Below, one piece after another: positions 18,907 through 28,843 of a DNA stretch of 50,378 bases (positions are counted from its first letter, which is position 1; every line of letters starts with the position of its first letter). Location: IMG/VR virus record IMGVR_UViG_3300047550_006758, positions 1 through 50,378 of that record. One strand, written 5' to 3'. Position numbers and translations under genes: made by a program. The notes beneath the pieces are model-generated. The model was not told the DNA's origin and made no database searches. It was given only the letters and a program-made list of their open reading frames with translations. Source of the DNA: a virus. Its lineage: Duplodnaviria; Caudoviricetes.

Positions 18907-19062
18907 ATGTTAGTTATCATTTTAGTAATCATCATTGGTATTGGCTCGGTATATCTACTTGGTAACGACAATCCTGTTGAAGAAATCGCAGAAAAAGTCA
19001 TAGAAGAAGAAATAGGGATAGACGTTGATTTAACTCCGAATAGTAAGGAAAACACAAAATGA
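18907..19062 (+). CDS. 51-aa single-pass membrane protein with acidic tail, absent from the ORF track
   Basis: MLVIILVIIIGIGSVYLLGNDNPVEEIAEKVIEEEIGIDVDLTPNSKENTK; ATGA overlap with ruvC-like gene. Confidence 0.7.
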   Translation: MLVIILVIIIGIGSVYLLGNDNPVEEIAEKVIEEEIGIDVDLTPNSKENTK

Positions 19063-19520
19063 GCACATCGATAATTATGGCTCTAGACCTTGGTACTACT
19101 ACCGGCTTCGCTACTTGCGATTTATCCGGTAACATAACTTCTGGAACGGCTAGCTTTAAAACTGGAAGATTTGAAGGCGGCGGCATGCCTTACCTGCGTT
19201 TTAAACATTGGCTTACCGATTTAAAGGCGACTCTTGGAACTATTGATGCGGTTTATTTTGAAGAAGTAAGAGCACATAAAGGGGTAGATGCCGCCCATAA
19301 ATACGGAGGATTCGTTGCCCATCTTACCGCCTGGTGCGAACATCACCAAATACCCTACTCGGGTATACCTGTCGGAACAATTAAGAAGCATATTACCGGT
19401 AAAGGAAATGCTCCTAAGGAATCCATAATAATGGCAGTTAAAAACAAAGGATTTTCTCCCATAGACGATAATGAAGCCGATAGTCTTGCTCTGCTTGATT
19501 TTGTGTTAAAACACCAATAA
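19059..19520 (+). CDS. Phage RuvC-like Holliday junction resolvase
   Basis: MALDLGTTTGFA, FEEV, IKKHITGKGNA.K and DNEADSLAL catalytic motifs. Confidence 0.88.
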   Translation: MSTSIIMALDLGTTTGFATCDLSGNITSGTASFKTGRFEGGGMPYLRFKHWLTDLKATLGTIDAVYFEEVRAHKGVDAAHKYGGFVAHLTAWCEHHQIPYSGIPVGTIKKHITGKGNAPKESIIMAVKNKGFSPIDDNEADSLALLDFVLKHQ

Positions 19521-19555
19521 AAATTAAATGTTAATTTATTTTAACTAATAATTAT

Positions 19556-19578
19556 TAACGCCTATTTCCTAGGCGTTA
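19556..19578. terminator. Hairpin between convergent ruvC-like and csp genes
   Basis: TAACGCCTA-tttcc-TAGGCGTTA. Confidence 0.5.
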
Positions 19579-19654
19579 CCGGTAAAGCCTTAAAACCCAA
19601 CATTTAGCAAATATAATTCACAAAGTTATCAAGATTTTTTGTGGATTAACTCCT

Positions 19655-19861
19655 CTAAATAAGCTGAAGATTAGTAGCAGAAATACGATTACTCTTATCT
19701 TCTTTACTCTCAAAACTGACTTTTGTTTTGCTCTCAATAGTATTCAAATTGATTTTTTTTAGTTCATTGATGTGCAAGAATACATCCTTACTTTTATCAT
19801 CAGGTTTAATAAATCCATAACCTTTGTCATCACTAAACCAAGAAATAACACCTGTCTTCAT
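19655..19861 (-). CDS. cspA: Cold-shock domain protein
   Basis: RNP1 KGYGFI and RNP2 VFLH; 68 aa. Confidence 0.92.
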   Translation of the reverse strand: MKTGVISWFSDDKGYGFIKPDDKSKDVFLHINELKKINLNTIESKTKVSFESKEDKSNRISATNLQLI

Positions 19862-19928
19862 AAATACAAATCATAATTAAATATTTACCAAAATATCAGA
19901 TTTAACATCCACTTAAAAGCATTTTTGG

Positions 19929-21743
19929 TTATTCTGCTGTGTTATTCATCTCCTGCAGGTTTTTACTTAAAGTTATAGCTGGGTATCCGGTAAGTTCTTT
20001 AATGCGATGATTTAAAGCGGTAGTAGTTGCCAGGTTATTAGGATTTTCTGCTAATTTTAATGCTAAATCCAAAAACTTTTTATCGGTTAATAACCTGCTC
20101 GCACCATAACCTCCCCCAAGAAGCTTGGCTGTGGTAATAGGATCATAAAACAATCCAAAAATTGCCGCACTAATCCCACCGGTAGTAGCCGTCCCTGATG
20201 GATTAGGAATATTTTTACTTTTTATAGCCATAGCTTTTGCTACAGTACCTAATTTCTGTATTTTTTTAAAAACGTCGGGAGTAAGCTGTTTTTTAATAGA
20301 TTCAGTATTTTTAGGATCGTTTATGCTCTTTGCAAGAGCATTATAGGATAGACTATCAGTAGCATAATTTATAGATTTACGGCCGAGTATATTTTCCAGT
20401 CTTTCCCGTTTTGCAACATCTCCGTATAATTTATCAGCTTCCTTAAAAGCATCATACCACTCAGGATTAGTTTTGCCATACTCTTTAATATCCTGCGAAA
20501 TCGCTTTTTGTATTTTCTTAAGCTGATTCTTAACCCCTGCGTCCGTATCCCATTTTATAATTGAATTCAGGCTCTTTTTAGTCCCAACGAGTTTATTAAC
20601 GTCATATTCTTGCAATGGTAACTTTATAGGCCCATACTGGCTTATTATCTTTGACGCTGGCTCTATCTCATTTTTAATAGTTTCAAGTGATTGTAATAAG
20701 CTTTTTTCATCAGGGGAAAGAATAGCCGTATTTATTTTAATATCATCAATGGCTTTTTTAAGGTTAACCGGTAATACTTTTGCCTCCGCTGGTAATGAAG
20801 TCGCCACTTTATTATATAACCCGGCAATCTGACCTTCTATTTCCGGAGTCCGGGGCGGCCCGATTTCATCAAAAATATCGCTTAAAGCCTTTTGTGTCTG
20901 TTCTTCGGCAAGTAGATACTTATTTTTTAACTTGTTACCAAAAATTGGAGCTTTCCCCATATACTGATCGGCTAAAGCGGTTAATTTAGAATCGGTAACC
21001 GCTGCCGCAGGCAAATCTATGCCTAAATCTCTTGCCGCCCTCGCTGCCTCAATATTCATACTACCGGGCGTTAATCCCATAAGTTTCATTGGTATTTTTG
21101 CAAGCGCCTGGCGAGGTTTCGTAAAGTTATTTAACAGACTTTTACTTTTAACAATAGCAGTAGGAGTAGCAACGCTAGATATCAGATCAGCATACAAGGG
21201 ACTCACTCCTGCTTCCTGCAGTACTCCCGATCCTCCGCCTATGCTACTGCCTGTTCCTATATCCTTGGCAAATTTGGTTAATAAAGATTTACCACCCCCT
21301 CGAATTACGCCTTGGGCAACATTTACTCCGGCACTAGTTGGAAGAGGGAAGCTCGCCGTAGCTCCTCCAAATTCTCCTGCTTTATATAGAATATTCCCTA
21401 AACTATCATTATCCTTAGGCTTCATGCTATCTAAAGCCTCAAGTCCCCTACTTGCTGACTTAGCCATGAATTCTGCCGACTGTGGCAGGATTGGGGCAAC
21501 AACTCCTGGTGCTACTTCCATAACACCTGCTCCAAATTGATCTGCTCCTTCCGTTAACCCGCTTCTCATAAAACCTGATAATGCTCCCTTGCCCAGTTGT
21601 CCAAGCCTATCAAGAAAAGATTGTGAGGGTTCTTTTGCTACAGCTTTAGGACTCCGGTATTTATCAAATACGCCATTCCTTTGGCTCGGTAATTGATCTC
21701 TATCTATATTTTTAGGAGCTTTATATTTATCAAATTTACTCAT
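19929..21743 (-). CDS. Putative DNA ejection (injection) protein
   Basis: Helical, Gly/Ala-rich segments, NPSGTA motif; last gene of an inverted four-gene operon. Confidence 0.55.
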   Translation of the reverse strand: MSKFDKYKAPKNIDRDQLPSQRNGVFDKYRSPKAVAKEPSQSFLDRLGQLGKGALSGFMRSGLTEGADQFGAGVMEVAPGVVAPILPQSAEFMAKSASRGLEALDSMKPKDNDSLGNILYKAGEFGGATASFPLPTSAGVNVAQGVIRGGGKSLLTKFAKDIGTGSSIGGGSGVLQEAGVSPLYADLISSVATPTAIVKSKSLLNNFTKPRQALAKIPMKLMGLTPGSMNIEAARAARDLGIDLPAAAVTDSKLTALADQYMGKAPIFGNKLKNKYLLAEEQTQKALSDIFDEIGPPRTPEIEGQIAGLYNKVATSLPAEAKVLPVNLKKAIDDIKINTAILSPDEKSLLQSLETIKNEIEPASKIISQYGPIKLPLQEYDVNKLVGTKKSLNSIIKWDTDAGVKNQLKKIQKAISQDIKEYGKTNPEWYDAFKEADKLYGDVAKRERLENILGRKSINYATDSLSYNALAKSINDPKNTESIKKQLTPDVFKKIQKLGTVAKAMAIKSKNIPNPSGTATTGGISAAIFGLFYDPITTAKLLGGGYGASRLLTDKKFLDLALKLAENPNNLATTTALNHRIKELTGYPAITLSKNLQEMNNTAE

Positions 21744-22671
21744 CTACTACCTGCAAACCATCATTATCTATGGCATCTTGTACCCAATCTTTATGAACCC
21801 AATCTTTTGCACCTGTTATTGGATCAACCATTAAAACCCTATCGCCCTTAACCTCCTCTTGAGCAGTTATACCCAGCATTGCTCTTAAATCATTAATAAC
21901 GTTTAAATTTGTTGCCATATCATTATCAGGCGATATAGACGGTATATGTTTAAATTCCTCCTGATTCGTATATTTAAAAGCTTTATTCAATTTCCCGCGT
22001 AATACCTCACCTATTGCCCAAATTTTTGCCTGGTCCGGACTATATTCCTGATTACTGAATTTTGATCTGAAGTTTTTTGCTAAGAGTGATCTCTCTCCTT
22101 CAGAACCAAGATTCGTAACCGTATTTTCTGCATGAGTCAGCATTCCTTTCAACTCTTCTAAAGCTTCTTGTTTCTCCTGATCTTTTTCACTTTTTTTAAA
22201 ATTATCTAGTAAACTTTTACCTGCTCCTTTTTCCCTTTTGAAGTTATCCAATAAATTATGATGTCTCTTGGTTTCTTCCAGTTGCTGCTCCTGAAATTTA
22301 CGATGCCAGGCTTTTTCCTCTTTTGCTGCTTCTAATGCTTCTTGCGCCCTTTGCTGCTGCAATATTTGATTAGCCAAACGCTCATTTTCGGCAATAGCTG
22401 TATCCTCGCTAGTGTTATAAGCGGCCAAGGCAGGATTCATCGCTCGCCCTATTACCCCTAAATTATTTTTAAATCCACGCATGACAGGCTCGCCAGCTAA
22501 ACCATTACCAAGAGCAAGTAACGCATTATTTATCGCTCTATGCTCCTGATCCCTACTCATCCCTAAATTGCTTCGGGTGCTGCTAACTGCTTTTGCTATT
22601 CCCTCATCAAAAGGATTTCTTCTTTCCGGTAGAGCTTGCATGCGATTTAATATTTCTTCTTCCATAATCAT
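21736..22671 (-). CDS. Putative ejection protein (coiled coil)
   Basis: ALLALGNGL segment, EETKRHH motif; overlaps next gene. Confidence 0.5.
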   Translation of the reverse strand: MIMEEEILNRMQALPERRNPFDEGIAKAVSSTRSNLGMSRDQEHRAINNALLALGNGLAGEPVMRGFKNNLGVIGRAMNPALAAYNTSEDTAIAENERLANQILQQQRAQEALEAAKEEKAWHRKFQEQQLEETKRHHNLLDNFKREKGAGKSLLDNFKKSEKDQEKQEALEELKGMLTHAENTVTNLGSEGERSLLAKNFRSKFSNQEYSPDQAKIWAIGEVLRGKLNKAFKYTNQEEFKHIPSISPDNDMATNLNVINDLRAMLGITAQEEVKGDRVLMVDPITGAKDWVHKDWVQDAIDNDGLQVVDE

Positions 22672-22705
22672 AATTGATATTACATTTATAAAAATGAACT
22701 AAAAT

Positions 22706-24694
22706 TTAACTATTTAATTGCCCTTTTAATTTCATCATATCCTGATAATATTTATTATATTGATCCCAAAAATAATCAGCTCTTTTTACTTCTTCTAAAT
22801 ATAAAGGTAAGTTCCTATTTAAGTTATTAATTATTCTAATATTATCGGGCGTATTATCCGGTACGCTTAAGGAATGCTTAAGAAATGAATTAAAATCACG
22901 GCTCGGATTAGACTTAGACCATGAAAAAGCATTAACTCCATTGACGTTGGAACTGTTATAAAAATTATCTCTCTTTGCTGCCGCTTCTTTATACTGCTCT
23001 AATCTTTCAAGATATAATCTGTTGAGCTCTTCTACTTTTTTACCTTCCGCTATTCTTTTTAAAGCTCTTTGCCTTTCCTCTTCCTGACGTCTAGCCTCTT
23101 CTTCCCTCTTTTTTTGAAGCTTAGTATTCTCAAAATCAGCATAATTTTTGATACCTCCCATATCCTGATTTAGGTTACTCTCAAGCTCCGTTTCACTATG
23201 ACTTACCGGTACAGTTTGCGCATACCCGGCAAGTGCATGAATATTTGGCCTTAAAGACGGCGTATAAACAGAGGGGTTACTACTGACACCCGGATTGGCA
23301 AAAATACTGCTGATTTCTGGGCTTACATTGTATTTTACAATATCGCTTCCCGCCCCTTGTGGCCATTCCTGATTCCTCTCTTCTTCAAATCGCTCCCGCC
23401 TCTGGTTTAACTCATCTTGCGTATTTAGCCATTTGTCTACTCCGAGCTGGTTCATTCCGCTAATCTTGCCAAGTACGTCCTGATATTCGGACAATCCTTG
23501 CTGACCTAAGCTATTTAACTGGTTTAAATCATTCATGTCGCTTTTATTTAAACTGCTCATTCTCCCCCGAAGTACATCCTGTAATAGATTGTTTCTATTG
23601 CCGAAACGACTCTTGGTAATTCTATTAATAGCATCCTCGGTTTGCGATAAATGTGATTGCGACCCGTAAGTACCTTTTCGCTCATGGTCAATACTGATTC
23701 TTGCTTTCTCTGCTTTTAAAAGATTTTTCGTATCAGCATCAAGTTTGTTTACTTGTGGATCATAAATTGTAGGTAAATCGCCTATAGCTCGCGAGCCAAC
23801 ATTCTCTTGCCCCATTAACGAACCATAAAGCTTATCTCTTTCTTCCCTTGATGAATCATTATAATCATGGCTCAAATCACCTAACAGGCGATGCGATACC
23901 GCTAATTCTTCAGGCACACTAGCTAGCTGCTGACCACTATAAGTAGGAGTTGGGCTATTATAAAGATTTAGCCCCTTTTCAAGCACTTTAACTGCTGCTG
24001 CTTCACCATAAGGCCCCATGTTATCAGGATTACCCCCGCTATTTACTATATTGTATAACGCCTTCATCTTTTGCTTTGGAGCATTTACTTCTTCATAGAA
24101 TTTGTTCTTATCTGCCGAATTTGCCAAATGTGAGTATATATGCTGCTGATTGCCGAATTGTCCCAGCATATTAGTAAGTCCTGCCCTCTTTGCCTTTTCG
24201 CTATTACCAAGAGCATTTAAACTATTGCCAAGTCCGGAATTATATTCAGAATCAAGGCTCTGTGCATCGCTGCTTAAGGCATCTATACCAACACGGGATA
24301 AATCAAGCCCCTTATTCAGGTTCTTGTCAAACTTATTATAAAAACCGGTTTGTCTACTACCGGTTCTATCTCCAAACTGTTTTTCCATCAGCTTCCATCC
24401 GGTATCACCTACCCGTTTTTGACCGGATGAGAGTATATCCAGTAAAGAGGTTTTCTGCCCTTCATTAAAACCTTGCGGAGTTCTATTAAAAACGCTGTTT
24501 GCTTCTACAGAATAAGGAGCAGGAGAATTATTAAACTGCTCTTCCAGCGTTCGTTTTTTCTCCGTTAAAGCAGACATCGGAACACTAGTCTTTCCCCTAT
24601 ATACAGGCGTCGGGTTAGCTACCATTCGCCCTATATCACGATTAATTAGGCTAAGTGCCTGCTCTCTTAGGTCATTTAAGTTTTTTGTTTTCAT
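22706..24694 (-). CDS. Putative ejection/pilot protein
   Basis: Q/N/G-rich with two-fold internal repeat (PTPVYRG / PTPTYSG). Confidence 0.5.
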   Translation of the reverse strand: MKTKNLNDLREQALSLINRDIGRMVANPTPVYRGKTSVPMSALTEKKRTLEEQFNNSPAPYSVEANSVFNRTPQGFNEGQKTSLLDILSSGQKRVGDTGWKLMEKQFGDRTGSRQTGFYNKFDKNLNKGLDLSRVGIDALSSDAQSLDSEYNSGLGNSLNALGNSEKAKRAGLTNMLGQFGNQQHIYSHLANSADKNKFYEEVNAPKQKMKALYNIVNSGGNPDNMGPYGEAAAVKVLEKGLNLYNSPTPTYSGQQLASVPEELAVSHRLLGDLSHDYNDSSREERDKLYGSLMGQENVGSRAIGDLPTIYDPQVNKLDADTKNLLKAEKARISIDHERKGTYGSQSHLSQTEDAINRITKSRFGNRNNLLQDVLRGRMSSLNKSDMNDLNQLNSLGQQGLSEYQDVLGKISGMNQLGVDKWLNTQDELNQRRERFEEERNQEWPQGAGSDIVKYNVSPEISSIFANPGVSSNPSVYTPSLRPNIHALAGYAQTVPVSHSETELESNLNQDMGGIKNYADFENTKLQKKREEEARRQEEERQRALKRIAEGKKVEELNRLYLERLEQYKEAAAKRDNFYNSSNVNGVNAFSWSKSNPSRDFNSFLKHSLSVPDNTPDNIRIINNLNRNLPLYLEEVKRADYFWDQYNKYYQDMMKLKGQLNS

Positions 24695-24695
24695 A

Positions 24696-26156
24696 TTACC
24701 CCCTTAAATAACTCTCTAGTGACTTTGCACGAGGCGGAAGATTTACTTTTCCTCCTCTTTTATGTTTGCGAAGATTTTCACGGAAACGATCAAGCTTGCG
24801 TGCTCCGGCAGCATTATTACCATCCCCCAAATCAGATACTGTCGATGCATCAAACACATATTCGCCGTCGCTAAGCCTTGCATCAATTAAATCATCCTGA
24901 CCGCCGCTATCACCGCTTAAATAACCTATAGGACTTCCTGGATAATAGGTTTCTTCCGTTAAATAAGCATAAGGACTACTTAAGCTACCGCCGCCTTTCA
25001 TTCTAATAGGGTTGCCTTCCTCATCCGTATACTCAAGCCAGCGCCCAGTTCGGGCAAACTCTTCGGGCGATACAACGCGCCGATTAATACGACCCATGTT
25101 CTTTATATCTTCATCTAAACGCTTGTTTTTCTGCTTTTTTTGTAAATCCTGGCGTGCATTTTCCAGAGCTTCATCAGCTTCTACTTCTGCAATCGTCTTG
25201 CGACTTGCGTTTCTATACCTTCTCTCTTCTTCGGCTACTTGCTCCGGGCTTTTTGGTTTCTGCCGACCGGCGACTTGCGCTGCTACTGTTCCAAGTGTTA
25301 GTAAATTCCCCGGCTGCGTTAAGTAGTCTTTGGCATTATCACCAAACTTTTCTAGAAAACCCCTGTTATCTACATAAGGGTAGCCTGGATATTGCATTTG
25401 AGGATATTGTCCTCCCTTTCCGTTTATTCCTAGGGCAAGCATCCCGTAAGGTGAATAACTAGCCGCATTACTGGCAAAAGAGTTACCGCCAAGACCTAAA
25501 GCAGGCAATATCGCATTAGTAGTACCGTAATTACTAAGGCTAGAGCCAAGACCGCTAGCTCCAAGACTACTTGCTCCCGAGCCGAGAGCAGATGCAAGAG
25601 ATGGAAGTGCCGCTCCCATACCTGCTCCTTTTAAAGCTCCACCGAGTGCACTTTTACCTCTAGAGGCGTGTTGTACTCCTTGACCGAGTGCTCCGCCGAT
25701 AATACCGCCTATTCCGGGCGCAATCATGTTACCGATAACTGCTCCCGCTCCGCCTCCTATTACGCTCCTTATTGCTTTCCATGGTTTTTTCCAGAAACTA
25801 TATTCACGAAGTCCGGTAGCAGGATTTATAGTCCCGCTTCCTCCTAGACTTTTTAACACTTGAGCTTCTATAGGATTAATATGGGCAAGCTCGGTATCAC
25901 CGTTTCTTCCATACCTTTGGATAAGATCGGCAAGCCTAGGCAAATCTTCCTCTTTGACCGAGCCTCCTTCTTTAAAAGAATATTGCCCGCCTGTCGTATC
26001 GTAAGCATTACTATAAGAGATATCAGGATCATCATAACCTCCATCTTCATAACGAGAATCAGGTATTTGATTATCGCTATCAGAAGCTAGGTTATAAGGA
26101 TTGGAGCTGTTATAAGGGTAGTTGTAGGTATTTAAATATGGATCGTAATTTTGCAT
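24696..26156 (-). CDS. Putative ejection/internal virion protein
   Basis: GRNGDTELAHINP.EA..LK..GG.GTINP.TGL.EY, glycine zippers, DDLIDARLSDGEYV motif. Confidence 0.6.
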   Translation of the reverse strand: MQNYDPYLNTYNYPYNSSNPYNLASDSDNQIPDSRYEDGGYDDPDISYSNAYDTTGGQYSFKEGGSVKEEDLPRLADLIQRYGRNGDTELAHINPIEAQVLKSLGGSGTINPATGLREYSFWKKPWKAIRSVIGGGAGAVIGNMIAPGIGGIIGGALGQGVQHASRGKSALGGALKGAGMGAALPSLASALGSGASSLGASGLGSSLSNYGTTNAILPALGLGGNSFASNAASYSPYGMLALGINGKGGQYPQMQYPGYPYVDNRGFLEKFGDNAKDYLTQPGNLLTLGTVAAQVAGRQKPKSPEQVAEEERRYRNASRKTIAEVEADEALENARQDLQKKQKNKRLDEDIKNMGRINRRVVSPEEFARTGRWLEYTDEEGNPIRMKGGGSLSSPYAYLTEETYYPGSPIGYLSGDSGGQDDLIDARLSDGEYVFDASTVSDLGDGNNAAGARKLDRFRENLRKHKRGGKVNLPPRAKSLESYLRG

Positions 26157-26197
26157 TCTTGCCTCTAATCTATAACAAAAATAAAAGCTTTATTTTT

Positions 26198-26230
26198 ATT
26201 ATAGCAGAAACAGTTTTAATCCTTGTTTTT
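26198..26230 (-). promoter_or_regulatory. Putative promoter of the ejection operon
   Basis: Minus strand GATTAAAA-N7-TGCTATAAT; same layout at 41333-41356. Confidence 0.5.
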
Positions 26231-26262
26231 TCGTTGTTTTCCAATAAAGGTTCCCTATAAAG

Positions 26263-26523
26263 CTATCTCCAAATATATTTCATAGTCAGAATTATAATAG
26301 CTAAAATAAGGCTTATTACATTACCGATAATTAAAGGCACTGCCTTAATCCATAAGCTGTATATTAACCATAATACCATACCTAAAGCATAAATAATGTA
26401 CATACTTGTTGATATATCCTTAGCAGATTTCTTGCGGTATAGCTGTACAACCTGAGGTATCAATGATATCGATGTACAAAATAATGCTAAATAACCGATT
26501 ATTTCGATAATAATTACTTCCAT
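26263..26523 (-). CDS. SemiSWEET / PQ-loop family transporter
   Basis: 86 aa, three hydrophobic helices, IPQV..YRKKSAKDIS, LWLIY and PLI.GN motifs. Confidence 0.9.
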   Translation of the reverse strand: MEVIIIEIIGYLALFCTSISLIPQVVQLYRKKSAKDISTSMYIIYALGMVLWLIYSLWIKAVPLIIGNVISLILAIIILTMKYIWR

Positions 26524-26547
26524 GAATAATATACTCTTAAGACTCCT

Positions 26548-27420
26548 CTATGCGGTTTGTGAATAATTATGTTGCTTATTTATATACTCTATACAGGCCA
26601 GTTGCCTCTCTTCCCCTAAATCGGCAATACTACGGGCTTCTGCCTTACTGCACCATTTTTCTATGATAGATCTTGGTACATTATGCAATTTAATAAGTTC
26701 TATTAATTCAGCCAAAGTTTCGCTCGGCTCTAGGTCTTTTACCTCTTCCTCCTGATGAGATAAAACAGAGTCAAGTTTGCTACTGATACTTTGAGCTTTT
26801 GGGGTTATATTTTTAACTTCCATCTCAAGATCATTAAAATTCTTCCCCTCCATTTCCTCAGCTGTCGGATGCTGACTTACTATCTCAGGAAAAGCTTTGC
26901 GCAGTGCTTGTGCTTCAGCACATTTGGCTAGCTGTCCATATGGTCTTTTTCGCCACATAGTATTAGGTGTTAGTTCATCTTTTTTAGCAGCATAATTTTC
27001 TAACCAGTATTCTTTAGCGGTAAATTCAACGATAGTATTATTTACTATCTTTTTAACTGTTACCTTACACCATTTTGGATAAGTAATCTCAGTGCCCCCT
27101 AAATTACATGTAACATCTTCACCAAATTCAGGCTCACTTACACCCGCATATTGATTACTACGTGCCGCCTGTATTCTATATAAGCCAACACCTGCCATAA
27201 CCACATCCTTGTACTCATATTTTCCTGTAAGAGCATTTTTTACACTCATCGGGACAATATGAACCGGCTTTTGCATAGGGTCTAATTTTGCTGCCTTGCA
27301 ATAATCAAGAACCAGTTTTATACTTTCATCTTTTGCACCGGTATATAAGCTGTTTTTTAATGCTGACCATATATGCTGGTCAACTTCATTAGTGGTATTT
27401 ATTGCTGCTATATTACTCAT
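26548..27420 (-). CDS. bet: Phage single-strand annealing recombinase Bet
   Basis: CKAAKLDPM.K.VHIVP, YRIQA.RS..YAG, W.K.P..QLAKCAEAQALRKAFP. Confidence 0.9.
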   Translation of the reverse strand: MSNIAAINTTNEVDQHIWSALKNSLYTGAKDESIKLVLDYCKAAKLDPMQKPVHIVPMSVKNALTGKYEYKDVVMAGVGLYRIQAARSNQYAGVSEPEFGEDVTCNLGGTEITYPKWCKVTVKKIVNNTIVEFTAKEYWLENYAAKKDELTPNTMWRKRPYGQLAKCAEAQALRKAFPEIVSQHPTAEEMEGKNFNDLEMEVKNITPKAQSISSKLDSVLSHQEEEVKDLEPSETLAELIELIKLHNVPRSIIEKWCSKAEARSIADLGEERQLACIEYINKQHNYSQTA

Positions 27421-27436
27421 GGTTTACCTTCCTTGT

Positions 27437-27658
27437 TTAAATATCTTTATATTTTATTATTAACTGATAGCGTTTTTTTAATCTTTCTAGAAAATCAGGT
27501 TCAACTCCTTTATTTCCTCTTTCTACCTCAGTAATCCTGGATGGATAAGTATGCATATATTCCGCAATTTGAGGTATTGTTATACCTGCTTCTTTCCGCA
27601 TTCTCCTTAATTCTTCTCCCTCTTCCTTTGTCAGTACCGGATATTTTCTTATCATCAT
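27437..27658 (-). CDS. XRE-family HTH protein
   Basis: LRRMRKEAGIT..QIA......SRITEVERG. Confidence 0.85.
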   Translation of the reverse strand: MMIRKYPVLTKEEGEELRRMRKEAGITIPQIAEYMHTYPSRITEVERGNKGVEPDFLERLKKRYQLIIKYKDI

Positions 27659-28563
27659 TTAATTAAAAATACTCTTGATTGCTTAGTATAACTACTATAC
27701 TTCAAATACAGGTCTTTTGCTTCATCTTTAAACCTTTTTAAGTCAAAAAATGACCTTGGAGTGCTATTCTTCCATGTAGCTATCACCTTACCGTTATTAT
27801 CAATTAGCACGTCATAATCTCGCATAAATTCCTGTATATCGGTCTTTAATTTTTCAATAGTACTTTGTATCCTACTTTCTTCTTCTTTTGCTCCTTTAAG
27901 CTCTTGGAGTTTTTCTATGATATTACTTTCTGCTACTATTTCGTGATAATTACTTTGCGGGAATAAGTTAAATGTATCCCTAGTACTCACACATTTAGGC
28001 GGTATCCTTTTTTCTATATGGTTATCCCAGAAATTACAGGCTATCTTAATTAGCTTGTCTTCTAGCTCCTTATTTCGTTTATAAGTATAAATTCTAAAAT
28101 CCTGTCCTCCAATAAGAACAGCTATATCAACCTTTGGTACAGCGCAGATAGCAGCATAATAAGCTACTTGTACAAGATAACTCTCAGGAATCTGATCTGT
28201 TCCCTCTTCTCCCCATTCTTTGCCTCGAGTAAAACCCGCTGTCTTACATTCCAAAACATATTCTTTATCGCCAACCCACCGATCAATATTAGCTGCTAAA
28301 AACTTATATTCAGGGTGATAGATTGTGTCTAGTTCTATTTCTATCGTTTGACCAGTAACTTCTGCATACTCCTTAGCTATAGTATCTTCTAAAAGAGTAC
28401 CCCACCTCATCGCCGGGCTACTTTCGCAAGCTATATCATCTCTGGTTTTATCTAAATATACGTCAAGAGCAGTCCTGTAAGGATTAAGTCCTGCTATAGC
28501 ACCCAAATCACTGCCACCGAGATAATTCTTACGCATCAAAAGCCATTCTTGTTTATTTTCCAT
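27655..28563 (-). CDS. YqaJ/lambda-exonuclease family protein
   Basis: WL..RK.YLGGSD, WG..LE, ANID, LECKT and Q..YY motifs. Confidence 0.92.
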   Translation of the reverse strand: MENKQEWLLMRKNYLGGSDLGAIAGLNPYRTALDVYLDKTRDDIACESSPAMRWGTLLEDTIAKEYAEVTGQTIEIELDTIYHPEYKFLAANIDRWVGDKEYVLECKTAGFTRGKEWGEEGTDQIPESYLVQVAYYAAICAVPKVDIAVLIGGQDFRIYTYKRNKELEDKLIKIACNFWDNHIEKRIPPKCVSTRDTFNLFPQSNYHEIVAESNIIEKLQELKGAKEEESRIQSTIEKLKTDIQEFMRDYDVLIDNNGKVIATWKNSTPRSFFDLKRFKDEAKDLYLKYSSYTKQSRVFLIK

Positions 28564-28587
28564 ACTAATAACTTTATTTCTGTATTA

Positions 28588-28842
28588 TTATAAATAACGC
28601 TTTATTTCCTCAAGTTGACCTAGTACCTTCTGTGGATTAAACAGTAAATGCTCTTTTGCTACTGCCTGTTTTTCTAAAAATAAAATCATCAAAATACAGA
28701 ATTCTCTTGGCACTACCACAAATTCATCATTCGTCTTTGATTTTAACCACATCGACAAACTATGAGTAGAAATATCACCAACCATACCCCAGAGAAGATT
28801 AGAGATTTCTTCTCTCGGAATAAAACGATCTTTTATAGCCAT
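28588..28842 (-). CDS. Hypothetical protein
   Basis: GGAG RBS, 1-nt gap to upstream gene. Confidence 0.6.
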   Translation of the reverse strand: MAIKDRFIPREEISNLLWGMVGDISTHSLSMWLKSKTNDEFVVVPREFCILMILFLEKQAVAKEHLLFNPQKVLGQLEEIKRYL

Positions 28843-28843
28843 T

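Noticed and set aside
21019-21540. Long antisense or alternate-frame ORFs (also 357-587, 4012-4308, 6252-6677, 6328-6618, 18831-19055, 31517-31765, 44840-45322)
   Set aside because: Shadows of well-supported genes, with no motifs of their own
24696-26156. Tape-measure protein call from the LSDGEYV motif
   Set aside because: No tail tube, sheath or baseplate genes recognised; architecture fits a short-tailed phage
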